Assembly (NCBI GenBank): GCA_012295275.1
Contig: CM022679.1
Span: forward strand, 5,022,001 to 5,086,000
Reading direction: 5' to 3'
Source: Chrysomallon squamiferum
Lineage: Eukaryota > Animalia > Mollusca
Length of the DNA stretch: 64,000 nt
A model generated the notes under the pieces. It was not told the DNA's origin and did no database searches. It saw nothing but the letters and a program-made list of their open reading frames with translations. Position 1 is the first letter of the stretch, and each line of letters starts with the position of its first letter. The translations under genes were made by a program, and so were the position numbers. Positions 35,403 to 64,000 of this stretch are shown piece after piece.

Positions 35403-35415
35403 ATCTTAAGAAAGT
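35382..35415 (+). terminator. Histone mRNA 3' stem-loop plus downstream element (copy 2)
   Basis: GGCCCTTTTCAGGGCC-ACCA followed by TAAGAAAGT, which is close to the invertebrate HDE consensus CAAGAAAGA. Confidence 0.85.
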
Positions 35416-35637
35416 GTCTTTTCATGCAATTGCTAATCCAGTGTAATCATAGTTAAATAATAATAATAAAAATAAAATAATAAATAATAAAATATTTATG
35501 ATAAAAAAATATTACTTCTACTAATAGTTATAATAACAAATAATATAGTTAGAATAATAAAGATAATTATACTACTAAATAAAGAAAGAAATAATAGTAA
35601 ATATTACGTTTTAATAATAATAATAATAATAATAATA

Positions 35638-35679
<42 letters not shown>

Positions 35680-37526
35680 GGAACAATAAAATAAAGACGA
35701 AACTGAAGAAATTAAGTAATTTAAAAAATTCACATATATATTGACAAGTAATTATGATATTATCATCATTTATCACTTAATAATTAATTATATCACAGAA
35801 AATCGTTACTTGACTAGAAGATTAAACAGACAAAAAAGCAACAATTACAAAATGAATATAAACTCAAGTTATAGGACTGAAATATGGAAAGCAAGTAACC
35901 AAGTAAATAAATGACCATACAAGTAAATTATGTAAGTAAGTAAATAAATAAATAATGTAAATAAATAACCTAATAAACAAAGAACAAGAAAGTATAAACA
36001 AACAAACAAATAAATAACTAAAATTATAATAAAAATAATAATATAAGAAAATTGTAATAAAAATAATTTTAAAAATAAACAAAAGAAATTATTCAAATTT
36101 ACTAAAGCACTTTCATTATATCATGCATAAATATAAATGATTTTTATATTATATACCTAAATAAAAAAATAAAATAAAATAAATTAAAATAAATAAATTT
36201 AAAAAAAATCAACTTTCATTTCTTACTGTGTTCTAAAATACTGATGATCAATGTTTTGTTGATTTTTGGGATTGTTTAAATCAGTTATCTCCATAATAGA
36301 ATAATACACATAATCAACATGTAATAAGTAGTATGTAATTCTAGAAAAAGAAAATAATGTCAAAATATATTATTATAATTATTTTTATTATGTTGACAAT
36401 TACGAGACACAGTATATGGTTCAAGGGAGATCACTCCCAATATATTTCGTTTTCATAATGAATTATTCTCCTTGCATCTATTTTTAGTAAAATATTTGCT
36501 ATTTTTGCTATTAACTGCTACGATGAAGCATTTCATTCACAGAGATACTTCTATTTTAGGGAAATTTACTTTGTTTTCAATACTACTACTGCTAATAATA
36601 AATAAATAAATAACTGATGAAATTAAGTCATTCAGTCTGTTTCACAAAGACTACCAGCAAAAGAGACTGGATGAATCATTCACTGTGATTAATAAGTACG
36701 GTTTATATCATTCTAGTTATTTATAATTATTACCTTCTTTTTATTTATATATTTTCTTTATTTTTCAAATTTCTTTAATTTTTTTTTTTTCATTTAATTA
36801 ATTTATCATGCATTTATTTAGATATTTTTTTTTAAGAAGAAGAGAAATAAATATCAAAATGTTTAATTATATTTACAACTTCTTTTGATTTTGGTTGCTA
36901 ATTTTGTAATTTATTTAATAGTTTATTTTATTGTAGTAGTAGTAGTAGTAGTAATAATAGTAGAGGATTATTAAGAACAACTATTATTTTGGGAAATCTT
37001 TCTCTCTAGTATTACAATATAAGTTGAACTTATATCAATGGTTCTTCCCTAAATCTTTACCTGACAAATGCTGATTAATGTACAGTAAAATAAGTAAAAA
37101 ATAAGTTTAATAAGACATAATATTTTATTTCTTAAAGTGTCAAATGATACAATGTAAATAACAAAGTATATCACATTAAGGGAAAGAAAACTTTGTTTAC
37201 AAAGAATAATCTTGTCATTTGTCACAGTTATTATGACTAGAATGTGGTTACTCAGTCAGTAGATATTTATATTATACGTACTGATTAGAAAAACAAGTAA
37301 ACATTTGAATCATTTTGCTTTGTGTCTTTTTCAGGATATGTTCTTAGATTATGTGGCATGTATGTTTTCCTTCTCAGATTTGGTAAGATTCAGTCATTTA
37401 TTCATATAGGTCTTTGTAATTTATTTGATTTATCTTTTTATGTTTTTTAGACAATTACATATATCATATTCAAAGAGCAGAAGAAGGACATCTGTGTATT
37501 TTAGTTACAGGACAATGATGAAATAA

Positions 37527-37582
<56 letters not shown>

Positions 37583-38226
37583 GGTTTAAATTAGAAACAA
37601 AATAAATGATCACAGTTTAATACACATCTAGATATAAAGTTATTATTACGTGTAATGATCATGTTTATATACTGATTATTGTACGATGTGATTGTTATGT
37701 GAATCATCATATTTAGATGCAAAATAGATCTCATGTAATAATGAACAAAGTAATAAAATTATAAATTTGTAAGTTTTATGTAATTTTATATTTGTAAAAA
37801 TTAGTGGAAAAATAGTCACTTTTTATGTTATAATGGGGAAAAAATAGCATAGATTATTAAAAAATGTAGAAAAAATGTGAATGTTCTCTATTTTTTGTGC
37901 CTTTTACTATTCCAGATTTGAAAAAAACTAAATCAATTTGAAAACATTATGATTTTTAGCTTCCCATTCCATTTATATTTCATATACTGGTTACAAAAAA
38001 ATAATCTGCAGGATTATATATATATTTAATTATTTTGTGAGTAAAATAAAAAAAAATCTATTCAAAAACGATCAGAAAACTAAGATATCACAATTTCTGA
38101 AATGTCAGATTTTGGAATTTTGGATAAGGGATTCTCACAATTCGTTTAGTAAATAACAGTAAAACATAGATGAATGTCTGTCAAAAAATTGCTAACAAAA
38201 AAAAAAAAAAAAAATAATAATAATAA

Positions 38227-38287
<61 letters not shown>

Positions 38288-38713
38288 TATTAATAGAAAA
38301 AAAAAAAAAAAAAAAAAAATAAAAATAATAATAATAATAAAAAAATAAAAATAAAAATTAGAAAGAACAACAACATCCAAACAAAACAGTCAATGATTTT
38401 ATTTCACTTTATTCTCATCCAGTGCTTAATACAAATACCAGTCTGCTAGCCTGGCTTTAAGGCGTGTGTTTTCAGCATATCAGTATATATATATATATAT
38501 CACATGTTGTTATCACATTTACTAAAACAAAAGATTAAAAATACGTTTTACTATATCACAGTGGCTTTGCTATTCCTCTGGACGGAATAGAGGTCATAGA
38601 GGACAATACACAGACAGACAAAGCTGATCACAGGTAACAGCGTAACAAGATTTCCTTGAAAATGTTAAATAAATAAATAAATAAATAAAATCAAAATATG
38701 TATGAAAAAAATA

Positions 38714-38773
<60 letters not shown>

Positions 38774-39368
38774 TCTAATAATAATAATAAATTATAAATA
38801 TTTAAAAATAACCAAAAAATACCAAATACAAATATTATTATTATTATTATTATTTTTAATTATTATTATTATCATTATTGATATTGATAATTTTGTTGTT
38901 GTTCTGGTATTAGTATTATTGAAATAATTATTAAAATTATTATTATTATTATTATTATTATTATAATTATTGTTATTATTATTATAGTACAATAAAACTG
39001 CTTTAAGTAAATTACAGAAAGAATAATAAAATTTTAAACATCCAAGTTCATTTAGAAAACAAATATGTAAAAATATTTGTTATCCATTTATTTCTGTGAA
39101 CTTTTTGAAAACCCTTTATAACTAATATATACATTCTGAACAAAAAATCACCAAGCTGTTAACAAAGAATCAGTCTACACAATAATATATAAAATATATA
39201 ATATTCATACAATACCTTAGAGGGTATGATTCATAAAAATTAAAACAAACAATAATAGTTTTTTTTTTTATATACACAGAATAATTATGGTTATCATCTA
39301 ATAAACTGTTAGTATATAAATTCATGAGACAGCAGTTAATAAACATAATATGGGTAAATGTTAGACTG

Positions 39369-39428
<60 letters not shown>

Positions 39429-40257
39429 GTAATAATAATAATAGTAGTAACAATAATAACAGAAATAACAGTAATAATAATACAAATGATGATGATAATA
39501 ATAATCATCATTTTTGACATTATTATCATTATTAATAATAACAACAGAAAGAAATCAATAACAAGAAAAAGATGAACTGATGGTAAAAAAAATCAGCCAT
39601 TATTGATTTATGGAACATTCTCTGTTAATTTAAGATAAGAAACATAGTGGACAACAAGCAGGTTTTGAAAACAGGCAAAAACTGATGTCTTTGAAGTCAG
39701 TTGCATCTTTCATTGCAACAATGTCAGTAGATTTAATATGGTAACTATAGACATAAACAAATTCATACAGCAGATATCGTTTCTTTCAGAATAGAGATTT
39801 ATATTTTATATTTTTAACATCAAATCTTTGTAGAAAATTATTTATCAATTTCAGTATGAGACATTTGTCTCATTTGTCTCAACGAAGTTACAGCCATGAA
39901 CAACTGTTAACACATAATACCTAATAATACACACATTAGGAATGCTAATATTTTCAGCTAGAATCACCAGTATTGAACATTTGAATATTTTATACAAATC
40001 GTGCTATATAATATTTTGCAATAATTTTATGTATTTAAATACACACACAGGCACAGTTGAAAAGCAATGGTAATATTTTACATAAAGAATACTATCTCTC
40101 CATTATGACTTAAAACTTTGGTATTTGTTAGTGTAGATTTAATAATTTATATTGTATATCTTTAAAATTTTAAAATTAACAGTATTATGTATATATGTAT
40201 ATGTTTGTATGTATGTATGTATATATGTATGTAAGTGTGTATCTCTGTGTGTGTGAA

Positions 40258-40288
<31 letters not shown>

Positions 40289-40497
40289 GACATATTACAA
40301 TATGACATATTAGTATGATTGTCTAAATCATAATTAAAAAATATATATTTGTATTACTAAGTTATTGTAATCTAAAAATATTTATATGTAATAAAATACA
40401 AATAATGTGTTAAAGACTGCCAGCAGTATTCTTTTTTTAAATATAAATTTGAATTAGAAACAGTCCAAATAATTATTAACAGTTTTATAGTACTAGT

Positions 40498-40567
<70 letters not shown>

Positions 40568-40811
40568 AAGCCAAAATAAAATAAAATTAATAAAAATAAT
40601 AACCAGTCTGTTTTATTTCTAATTGTCAGTTATATATATATTTTTTTTAAATAAAAAAAAAAAAAAAAAAAATTAAAAAAAAAAAAATTAATTTAAAAAA
40701 AAAAAAAAAAAAAAAAATAATAATAATAATGTAAATAAATAAATAAATTAATAAATAATAATAATAATAATAATAAATAATAATAATAATAATGTTTTCT
40801 CTTGAACGTTT

Positions 40812-55411
<14,600 letters not shown>

Positions 55412-56418
55412 CTGATATTAAGTTATGTAACTGTCCTCTCTGTCTGTCTACAGAACCCTCAGCTGAAATAACAAATAAATAAATAAATAAATAAATAAAT
55501 AAGTTTCGTAGATTGCTTTACTGCCTCTGTTAATGGTTTCGTACGCTTGACAACAAATATAATAAAAAAATTATATACGTAGATCAAAAATGCTATAAAA
55601 ATCTCGTAAAGCACCTTAGGTTTAATATGTAACAGTTTCAAGGCCGGGTCAAAGGTGTCAGCCACATATAAAGGCCTTTTCTTTTCTTTTTTTTACAAAA
55701 TATCAAAATATACACTCCATTAGTGCTGACTAAAACTCAATATTTGGAAGGCCATAAGACTTAAGACTTGGTTCGATGTGACCTGTCACAAATTGTGAAG
55801 TTTTCAGAATAAAGATATCTCAAGCTCAATCAGAAAAAAAGATATAAAAAAAAAGATTAAAATTAAATTTACAATTCTATTATCCTGTCTTATTTGTACA
55901 CTTGAGATATTATTCAGACAGAAAAAAATACAAATAAAATAAAAAAATAAAAAAATAAAAAAAATAAAAATCTAAATTGATAATTTATTTCTCTGTCGTT
56001 GCTTTTCTTGGCCTATTGATGCCTCAGTCTAAAATTAACGATTCTTTACACGAGAAATTTATTTTTATTTCTTGCTGTCGCGAATGGCTGGAGATGAATG
56101 AACCTGATAAAATGGTTAAAAAAAAAAAAACACCTCTGGATTTGCTATTTCTGTTTCTCTTGTTGGGAAGTACATAATACCTCCGATAGAAAAAAAAAAA
56201 AAAAAAAATAAATAAATAATAATAATAATAAGAAAGGATAAATGTTTCGAGCGGATTTTCTTTTTGCCTTTGTTGTTTAGGGCTTAGCCGAGTTAATGGA
56301 TTGCTGCGAACATGATTCTAAAATAGCCAGGTTGGCATGTTATTCTACTCTGAAACGATAAATGACATCGTGGCAAGAAAAAGAAAAAAACTCGAGTCAC
56401 AGATAAACAGAGGGAGAG

Positions 56419-56483
<65 letters not shown>

Positions 56484-56950
56484 AACAGAAAGAGAGACAG
56501 AAAAATTAAGAGAGAAATATAAAAGAAAGAGACGCAGAGAGATGTAGAGGAAGACAGACAGACAGAGAAGAAAAGAGGGCGAAAGAGAAAGAAAGGAAGA
56601 GAGAAAAAAGAGAGAGAAAGAAGATAGAGAGAGGAGAAAAATAACAGACAAATAAAGAAAGAAATGGATGGAGAGATAGACAAGTATATAAAAAGACTGA
56701 CAGATAAACAGACATATAGATAGATAATTAAATAAAATAAAATAAAATAAAACAAACGAAAAAACCTAAAATAAAATTCCTTGCCAAACCAAAATTAAGA
56801 CAACAAAGAAAAATAAATATTATATACATATAATTTGTTGTGCAGTGAGATACATATTCCTATGGTGGCCATCTCAACTAACCATTTATGTATGTGTATA
56901 TATATATATATTTATCTATATAAAACAGAGGAAAGCAAACCAATATAAAT

Positions 56951-56981
<31 letters not shown>

Positions 56982-57362
56982 AACGAAGCAACAATAACAC
57001 AAATAAAAAGTAAAATGGAGAGAATGTCATATAAAAATAAAAAAAGTTAAAAAAAAAAAGAAGAAAGTAGTTTATGGTTTTGTCGTTGTTCACCGATATT
57101 GGATTTCTGATTCTGATTTATTTGAATAATAAAAAAATAAAAAATAATAAATAAAACTTGCGTGTGAAGCAGACATTAACGTGTCTGGGTGAAAACGCTT
57201 TCTTGCGTTACTTCTCGTTAATAGTGTACAGACACCCCGCTTATTTCACTACTGCGATAACTGTCGGTGGACGTGTATGTGCGTGCGTGCGTGTGTGTGT
57301 AAAGGTACTTATAGTTGTGTGTATAAGCATGCGTTTGTATCTCCAATAACATTATTCTTATT

Positions 57363-57394
<32 letters not shown>

Positions 57395-57483
57395 TTTTAG
57401 TAACAATAACAACAGTATTGACCGAATAATAGAAACAGCATTAGTGTTTTATCTTGATTATAATTACATATCACTTCAAGGTT

Positions 57484-57539
<56 letters not shown>

Positions 57540-57815
57540 TTTAGAAAATAAAATTAAAGAACTAACGAATAAATCTACTAGTCTCCCATTCAACGAACGA
57601 TGCATCTACCATTCATTCATCCATCCATCCATCCATCCAGTTATATTCTGAACATATCATTCAAGCAACCAACCAGCGCACTAAAAAATCAGTCAACCAA
57701 ATTACCAAACAATCCAGTCAAGTATCCAACCATTCATTCAACTTGCAATTAACAATGGTCAGCCACATATTTATATACTGCCAGTACAAATTCTTTATTC
57801 GTGAACAAACCTTAC

Positions 57816-57855
57816 CTTTTTCACTGTCGCATACCTCCATTGTTATGTACGCTAA
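57816..57855 (-). CDS. Putative 40-nt upstream exon of TMC-C (LAYITMEVCDSEK)
   Basis: TTCAG acceptor and strong AG|GTAAGG donor. Its phase-1 end matches the phase-1 acceptor at 55411, the same phase as intron 1 of A and B. Contains an in-frame ATG. Confidence 0.55.
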
Positions 57856-59039
57856 CTGAATTGCAGGTATGAAAAATATAATTATTTACGTAATTCACAA
57901 ATATAATTACAATTCTCGTAGATCACTGTTTACATGGGTCACTGACAGTTCCGAAAGAAAGACAAACTTAAAAACACGCACATTATTTTTTTAAATATAT
58001 TTTCCGTATGTTTATCGTTTCTGATGAAAGTTTAAGTAGTTTTGTCTTGGCCTGTTCTGCACAAACTTGAAAATTTGAAAATTCACAAGATTTTGTCTCC
58101 TTTCTTTCTTTTCCCTGGGTTGTTTTTTCTTCTTCTAATTTGTAATATAGAAATGGTAGGTGAATAATACAAAAATCTGCAGCTTTTCGTACTTGTGTCG
58201 TATATTTAAATTTTCAGACGAAACTCTGATGAGGTTAAAACTTTCCCCAGTATTTTCCTTTATCTTATATCATCATAAAGCTAGTTTGTCCTAATATGAA
58301 ATCTAATGCAGGTTTTGTCATATGCTGTCAGTTTCCTATACTAAAACACTGTTTTATTTCCATACAGCAAATGAAGTATTCCTGTCCTGTACTACCATCT
58401 GTTTTACTCTCTGTTTTTGTGTACCACACGTAGTCAGTCAGTTCTCACATGCACATTCTTACATCGTTTAGTCTGCTCTCTGTATCAGTACGACAACGAC
58501 ACCTTTACGCATGACATTTCTCCACTAGTCCACATTTCCTATCACAGAAGAAAAATTTAATTGCACGTTAATTTCTACGCAAATCTCTTCTCGCTCTGTC
58601 TGTTTCCGTATCACATGAACCTTTTTGCAGTGTCGCTTATCACCGACGCACTCAAAAAAATTATCGCTTGATTTTTTTTTTTCCACCACGTAGAGACAAC
58701 GTTACCAATGAGTTTGTGAGTACGTGTTTTACTGTTTACTCCTTGTTTTACTGTTTACTCTTCGCATACGACATGCTGCTCGAATTTCTATTCTCTCTCT
58801 CGGAAACAAACACTACTTGTGTTTTAGTGTGATTACGGTCGCGTAGTCTAGTTATAAATAACTAAAAGGGTGTTGTAAAGTGTTTGTTACATGAAGATAA
58901 ACTATACTAAAGAGTAATGTACTGGTGTAAACAGTGCTGTGGGTCCATGTATGTATAGAAAAGAGGACTGTATATATATATAGAGAGAGAGTATGTAACA
59001 ATGCTTAAATACAGTCTGTAATAATATATAAATACATAC

Positions 59040-59432
59040 CCTTACACACATATTAGTACATACATACATACATACATACAGTCATACATACATACATACA
59101 TATATATACATACATATATTCATACATACATACATACATACATAAATACATACATATATACATACATACATTCATACATACATACATACATACATACATA
59201 CATACATACATTCATACATACATACATACATAAATACATACATATATACATACATACACACATACATACATAAATAATACATACATTCATACATACATAC
59301 ATACATACATACATACATACATACATACATACATACATACATACATACATACATACATACATACATACATACATACATACATACATAAATACATACATAT
59401 ACATATACATACATATATATATATATATATAC
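59040..59432. repeat. Long (TACA)n microsatellite
   Basis: ~390 bp of imperfect CATA repeats; one of many (GA)n, (CA)n, (TAA)n and (TA)n tracts in the window. Confidence 0.95.
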
Positions 59433-59789
59433 AACCCATGGGGTAAAGAGCTGCAGTTATATGGTGTGACATATGCTCTATCAGAGTCAGTGACTGGGTT
59501 TTACAACAATTAATCAATTTTAGACATCATCTCATAATCATACCCGACTTTTAAATCAATATGTAACAGTTCGTGAAATCAATTCAGTGTAATGGAATAC
59601 TCGATTCAAACAGGTCTTTACCATGATGAATGACAAAGGCATTTTTTATTTATTTATTTATTATTATTATACTTTTTTTTTTTTTTTTTTTTTTTTTTTA
59701 ACGCTATGAATTTAATGTCGTTTTAGGATGGAGTATTATCACCGTTATCATGACAATTAACGCTTCTTAGAAAGTTATTATGAAATGTT

Positions 59790-60255
59790 TAAAAGAACCG
59801 AAATTAGTTTAACGCGAATGTTATTAGATATTTTTTTTATTACTTTTTTTAAAATTTAAATATCACCTTATCGTAACGCTTGTTTAGACTTTTTTTTTAC
59901 TAGTCTAGTTCAACGTAACGCTTATTTAGACTGTTACTAGTCTAGCTTTACAATAAGCGAATTCAGTTTAACGCCACATTTTGTTAGACTGTTACTCATT
60001 ACTTTTTTTTACACTGAATTCAGTTGAACGTAACATTTGTTAAAATATTGACCAGTCTTACAACAGCCGAAGTCAGTTCAACTTAAAATGTTCTTACACT
60101 ACTACCACTGTGACATTTTACTGTAAACGAATTCGGTTTAACGTAATCTTTTTATTACACAACTATCAATGTGTCATTTACAATAACCGAATTCAGCTGA
60201 ACGTAACGCTTGTTAGACTATTACCAGTCGTTTTATAATAATTAAATTCAGTACG
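59790..60255. repeat. Degenerate ~55-60-bp tandem repeat, ~7-8 copies
   Basis: Recurrent GAATTCAGTT.AACGTAAC..TTGTTAGACT.TTAC.AGTC. Confidence 0.7.
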
Positions 60256-61637
60256 ACAGAAAACAGTACTATATTGTCATCAATGCCATTTTGCGACCAT
60301 TATTCGACTTTTTTGAACATGAAAACAAACACGAATGACCGATCACGAATGAAATTCAGCTAAACAGGAGCTGGTATAACAAACAACACGATTTATTAAT
60401 TTCCCGTTAATGTACTGTTGTGAAAAATGACTTGTGTTCAAACAATGCAAACAATTACTGTGAGAACTGAAAATTTGCTTTGATTATTTTATTTAATATG
60501 AAGTTACGCTCGAACAGTTAACTTATCTGGACCAAATAAACAAATAACCTAGCTAGCAAGCATATTTGTCGTTTTTCCCGTTCCAGCCATAGCATTTATC
60601 GTTCATCATTTTGGCAAGTTTTGGTATTTGTAGTATTGTACTAAATTATGTCTGTCCTCTTTCTTTCTCTGTCAATGATTGCGTGTGTCTCATCCTGAAT
60701 GTCTCTGTCTGTGTCTCTCTCTGCCTGTGTCTCTAAGTCTCCTTTTCTCTGTCACATATTTCTACAGACGAAGAACAGTTAAACCCATAAATTAATATTT
60801 ACATATTCAAATATGTACACTCGCTTTCACATAATTTATAACTATATTCTCACTTTCGTACAAATTCGAAAATACATCGTAAATAACATAAATGATATCA
60901 AATCTATTAACTTTTCTTAATGATTTTGTTTACGTTCATATTTTAATTTAATTATTATTTTCGTAAAAACTGACTTTTCTTTTTAACTTGTTATTTTATT
61001 TCAAAATGCCCCAAGCCGAGGCATCCCGTTTCACCTTTTCAATCAACCTGTTGTCATTTTAACCTCTGTAATAACTTCTAATATCTACTCTGTCACCTAT
61101 TTCGTTTACTCTATTCCCCCCTCTCATCACCCGGGCTATTCACCCACACAGACGTCAACGTTCTCGCTTAATCGATTTCATCTGACAATACACTTTCACA
61201 GGACACTTTTATTAAAAACGGTCGACTCTGTATAGTGGACGTCTTTTATAAAGCATTTCCAACGGGTACAAAAATAATAATAATAACGCACAATACACAA
61301 ATAAAGGTACGAAAATAATAACAACGCACAATACACAAATAACAAAGGCCCGAATCAAGAATAGTCAAAGTATGGTAAGTGATTGTGTGGTTTGGGATAA
61401 CGTTTTTTCTATAAATGTTGTTTACCCTCTAATGTTCATGTAAATAATATCATCGACTGTTTTTTTTTTTTCTATGTGAGATATATTTTGAGAGTGGGCT
61501 GAAAATAGACGGTTTAATATCTGATAGCTTGATCTTGAATGAATAATGGATCAAGATGACACAGAAATGTCAGGGAATTTTAGTATAGCTGTCCTGGGTT
61601 AAAAAAACCATGCAACAACGACAACAGCAACAACTAC

Positions 61638-61884
61638 AATCCCTTATTCGTATCGCCACGTGAAGTATTTTAAACTTAATTTATCCGTTGGAAGTACGTT
61701 CCATATGACTTCGGATGAGTAAAATTAGTTTATTACATATAATTATTAGTATTAGCACGATATATTCTTAATAAGTACTACGCAATAGAGTAATGAACAT
61801 ACACTTACAACAAAACAATAATATGCAAGTCAAAATAAAAACCAAACACCCATTACAACAAAAAATAAAATAAAATAAAATAAA

Positions 61885-61979
<95 letters not shown>

Positions 61980-63677
61980 TAAAAAACAACCCCCCAAAAA
62001 AAAAAAAAAAAAACAAAACATGAACAAAAAAAACCTCAACGAAAAAAAACTGCATCATTTTAAAAATTATAACCGGGCAGTTTTTTAAACATATTTATGT
62101 ATGTGTGTGTGCGTCTGTGTGTATGTCAGTATATAGATATATAAAATAATAAAATGAATGAAAGTAAAAATAAAAATTCAAATATCAAAGTAAATGTGTA
62201 AAAATTATAAAAAAACCCCAAAACAACAACAAAACAAATATAAATGAATAAATAAAAAAAATAATAAATAAAAAACATAAACAAAACAAAAAACAAAACA
62301 AAAATAAATAAATATATAGATAAATAATAAATAAATAAAAAACATAAACAAAACAAAACAACAAACAAAACAAAACAAAACAAAACAAAACAAACAAAAC
62401 AAACAAAACAAAACAAAACAAAACAAAACAAAACAAAACAAAACAAAACAAAACAAAACAATCAAACAAATAAATAAATAAACTAATTAATAAATAAACT
62501 GACACAATTACTACTGGTGCGTAAAGAAGATTTATCGCCCGAGTTGAGATCTCGCGGTTGAAGATTTTTATTGGTTTCTTCGTGGGAGAGATAAAACCCA
62601 GTGATCTGACATCAGCGCTTTTCAAACCACTCATTTCTGAACCACTCATTTCTATAATGTTCTCATGTGTCTTACGGAGCCTAATTAGGCTAGATGACGA
62701 CATTATTTTTCTACGAATGATGTGTTATAACATGTTTTTTTCAAGCATGTGATACGTTAATTAATAATACAAATGTTTCATTTCGTTCCTAATTAAGTTT
62801 AGAATTAGTAATGAGTAGTTATTTCATTAATACAGTGTTTGTTATGTGATTGTTTGGTTTTTTTTTTTTTTGTGTTGTTGTTTTTGTGTGAGAGAAAGTT
62901 GGAGATAGAAAGAAAGAGAGAGAAAAAGGTCTAATGTGTTATGAAAATGATATATAATATGACCATATACACATATAAAGATTGTTTTTTGAAAACTGAT
63001 TTCATTGAATTATTTCTTAAGAAATTCCTCTTAGCTTTAAAAAAAAAAAAAAAAAATTAAGAGAATGAGAAAAAGGTCTAATGTGTTATGAAAATGATAT
63101 ATAATACGAATATCGCTTTATTTTGAATTGTATGTCCATACACATGATCAAAAATAATCTATAAACATAATATTAAAATAACAACAACAACAACAAAAAT
63201 AATTTACAATTAAAATGTGAATCAGTGACGCAGTTCTGATATAAATAGAAAAACGTGACAATAACAACAGTGCTCGGTTGATCGTTTTGTCTTGGGTTCT
63301 GTTTTTTGTTTTTTTTTTTTCTTTTTTTTTTCGCAGTTTTACAATACATTATAGAACGCGTCACTACTTATCTGTATAAGTATATAATTTCTTAAAGGGC
63401 TGGCAGATCGAAATACGTGAACATTAATGTATCAATTATTCATACCTCTAACTAAATGTTGTTTGAAAATTAATGAGCTTCTGTTGAAATATCTTACTGT
63501 TAGTTAATCCCTTATTCGTAACCGCCAAGTGAAGTATTTTAAAATTAATTTATCCGTTGGAAGTACGTTCCATATGACTTACGACGAACAATATTAGTTT
63601 ATTACATATAATTTTATTAATATTATTGCAATACATTCTTAATAAGTACTATGAATTATAGAAATGAACACAGACAC
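61638..63677 (+). repeat. ~170-bp direct repeats (61638-61805 and 63506-63677) bracketing the candidate distal first exon
   Basis: Both copies contain AATCCCTTATTCGTA.CGCCA.GTGAAGTATTTTAAA.TTAATTTATCCGTTGGAAGTACGTTCCATATGACTT. Confidence 0.85.
62512..62703 (-). CDS. Candidate distal first coding exon of TMC-C (MSSSSLIRLRKTHENII...LLYAPV), giving a ~854-aa isoform
   Basis: 64 non-repetitive codons from an ATG with a phase-0 donor (GTA|GTAATT) compatible with the 40-nt exon at 57855. No homology evidence; it could belong to another transcript. Confidence 0.45.
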
Positions 63678-64000
63678 ACTCAATTACATACGTTGGCTAT
63701 CGGCTTTTTGGCAAGCATTTCATATGTAAAATAATTACATTGGACAATTAGTGTTATATGAAGGATGGACAGTTAATATTATGTAGAATGTGTTTTTTTT
63801 TAAAGGAATTTTTCATAATATAAATTTTTCAGTGATATACAGTTCTTTTCTGTTCTGAACAAATAACTGTTTTAAAAAAAAAAACATTTTTTCCCCCAGA
63901 TATGTATAATGTCATATAATGTGCAATTCAAAATATTCTTTATCATTTTCGTAACACATTAGACATTTTTTGTGTATGATAATTCAACATACTGGCGGTT

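Larger units (their letters stand above)
34340..35450 (+). repeat. Copy 2 of the ~1.1-kb local direct duplication
   Basis: Colinear with 28660-29730. It has a ~40-bp insertion just upstream of the TATA box relative to copy 1. Confidence 0.92.

Overview
AT-rich, microsatellite-dense eukaryotic (animal, probably mollusc/cephalopod-like; inferred from composition only) genomic DNA. By hand-splicing I find a tandem cluster of three complete paralogous transmembrane channel-like (TMC) genes with near-identical exon structure: TMC-A (minus, 2148-16592, 17 exons, ~749 aa), TMC-B (plus, 17159-26773, 17 exons, ~739 aa; head-to-head with A, ATGs ~570 bp apart) and TMC-C (minus, 40812 to ~62703, with alternative N-terminal exons). 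All three have Q and N at the two acidic pore positions of the TMC signature helix. Between the convergent 3' ends of B and C (28.6-35.5 kb) lies the most unusual part: three TATA-driven units with homologous promoters that look non-coding. Two are ~245-nt rod-like foldbacks ending in a perfect replication-dependent histone mRNA 3' stem-loop with no histone ORF; the third is a ~2-kb array of nested direct and inverted repeats forming long hairpins. Also present: a tRNA-Ser(AGA), a decayed hAT (Buster/Charlie-type) transposon in a TMC-A intron, a Tc1/mariner MITE, SINE-like remnants and many simple repeats. Most ORFs in the track are microsatellite artefacts. All coordinates were read by eye, without alignment or folding software.
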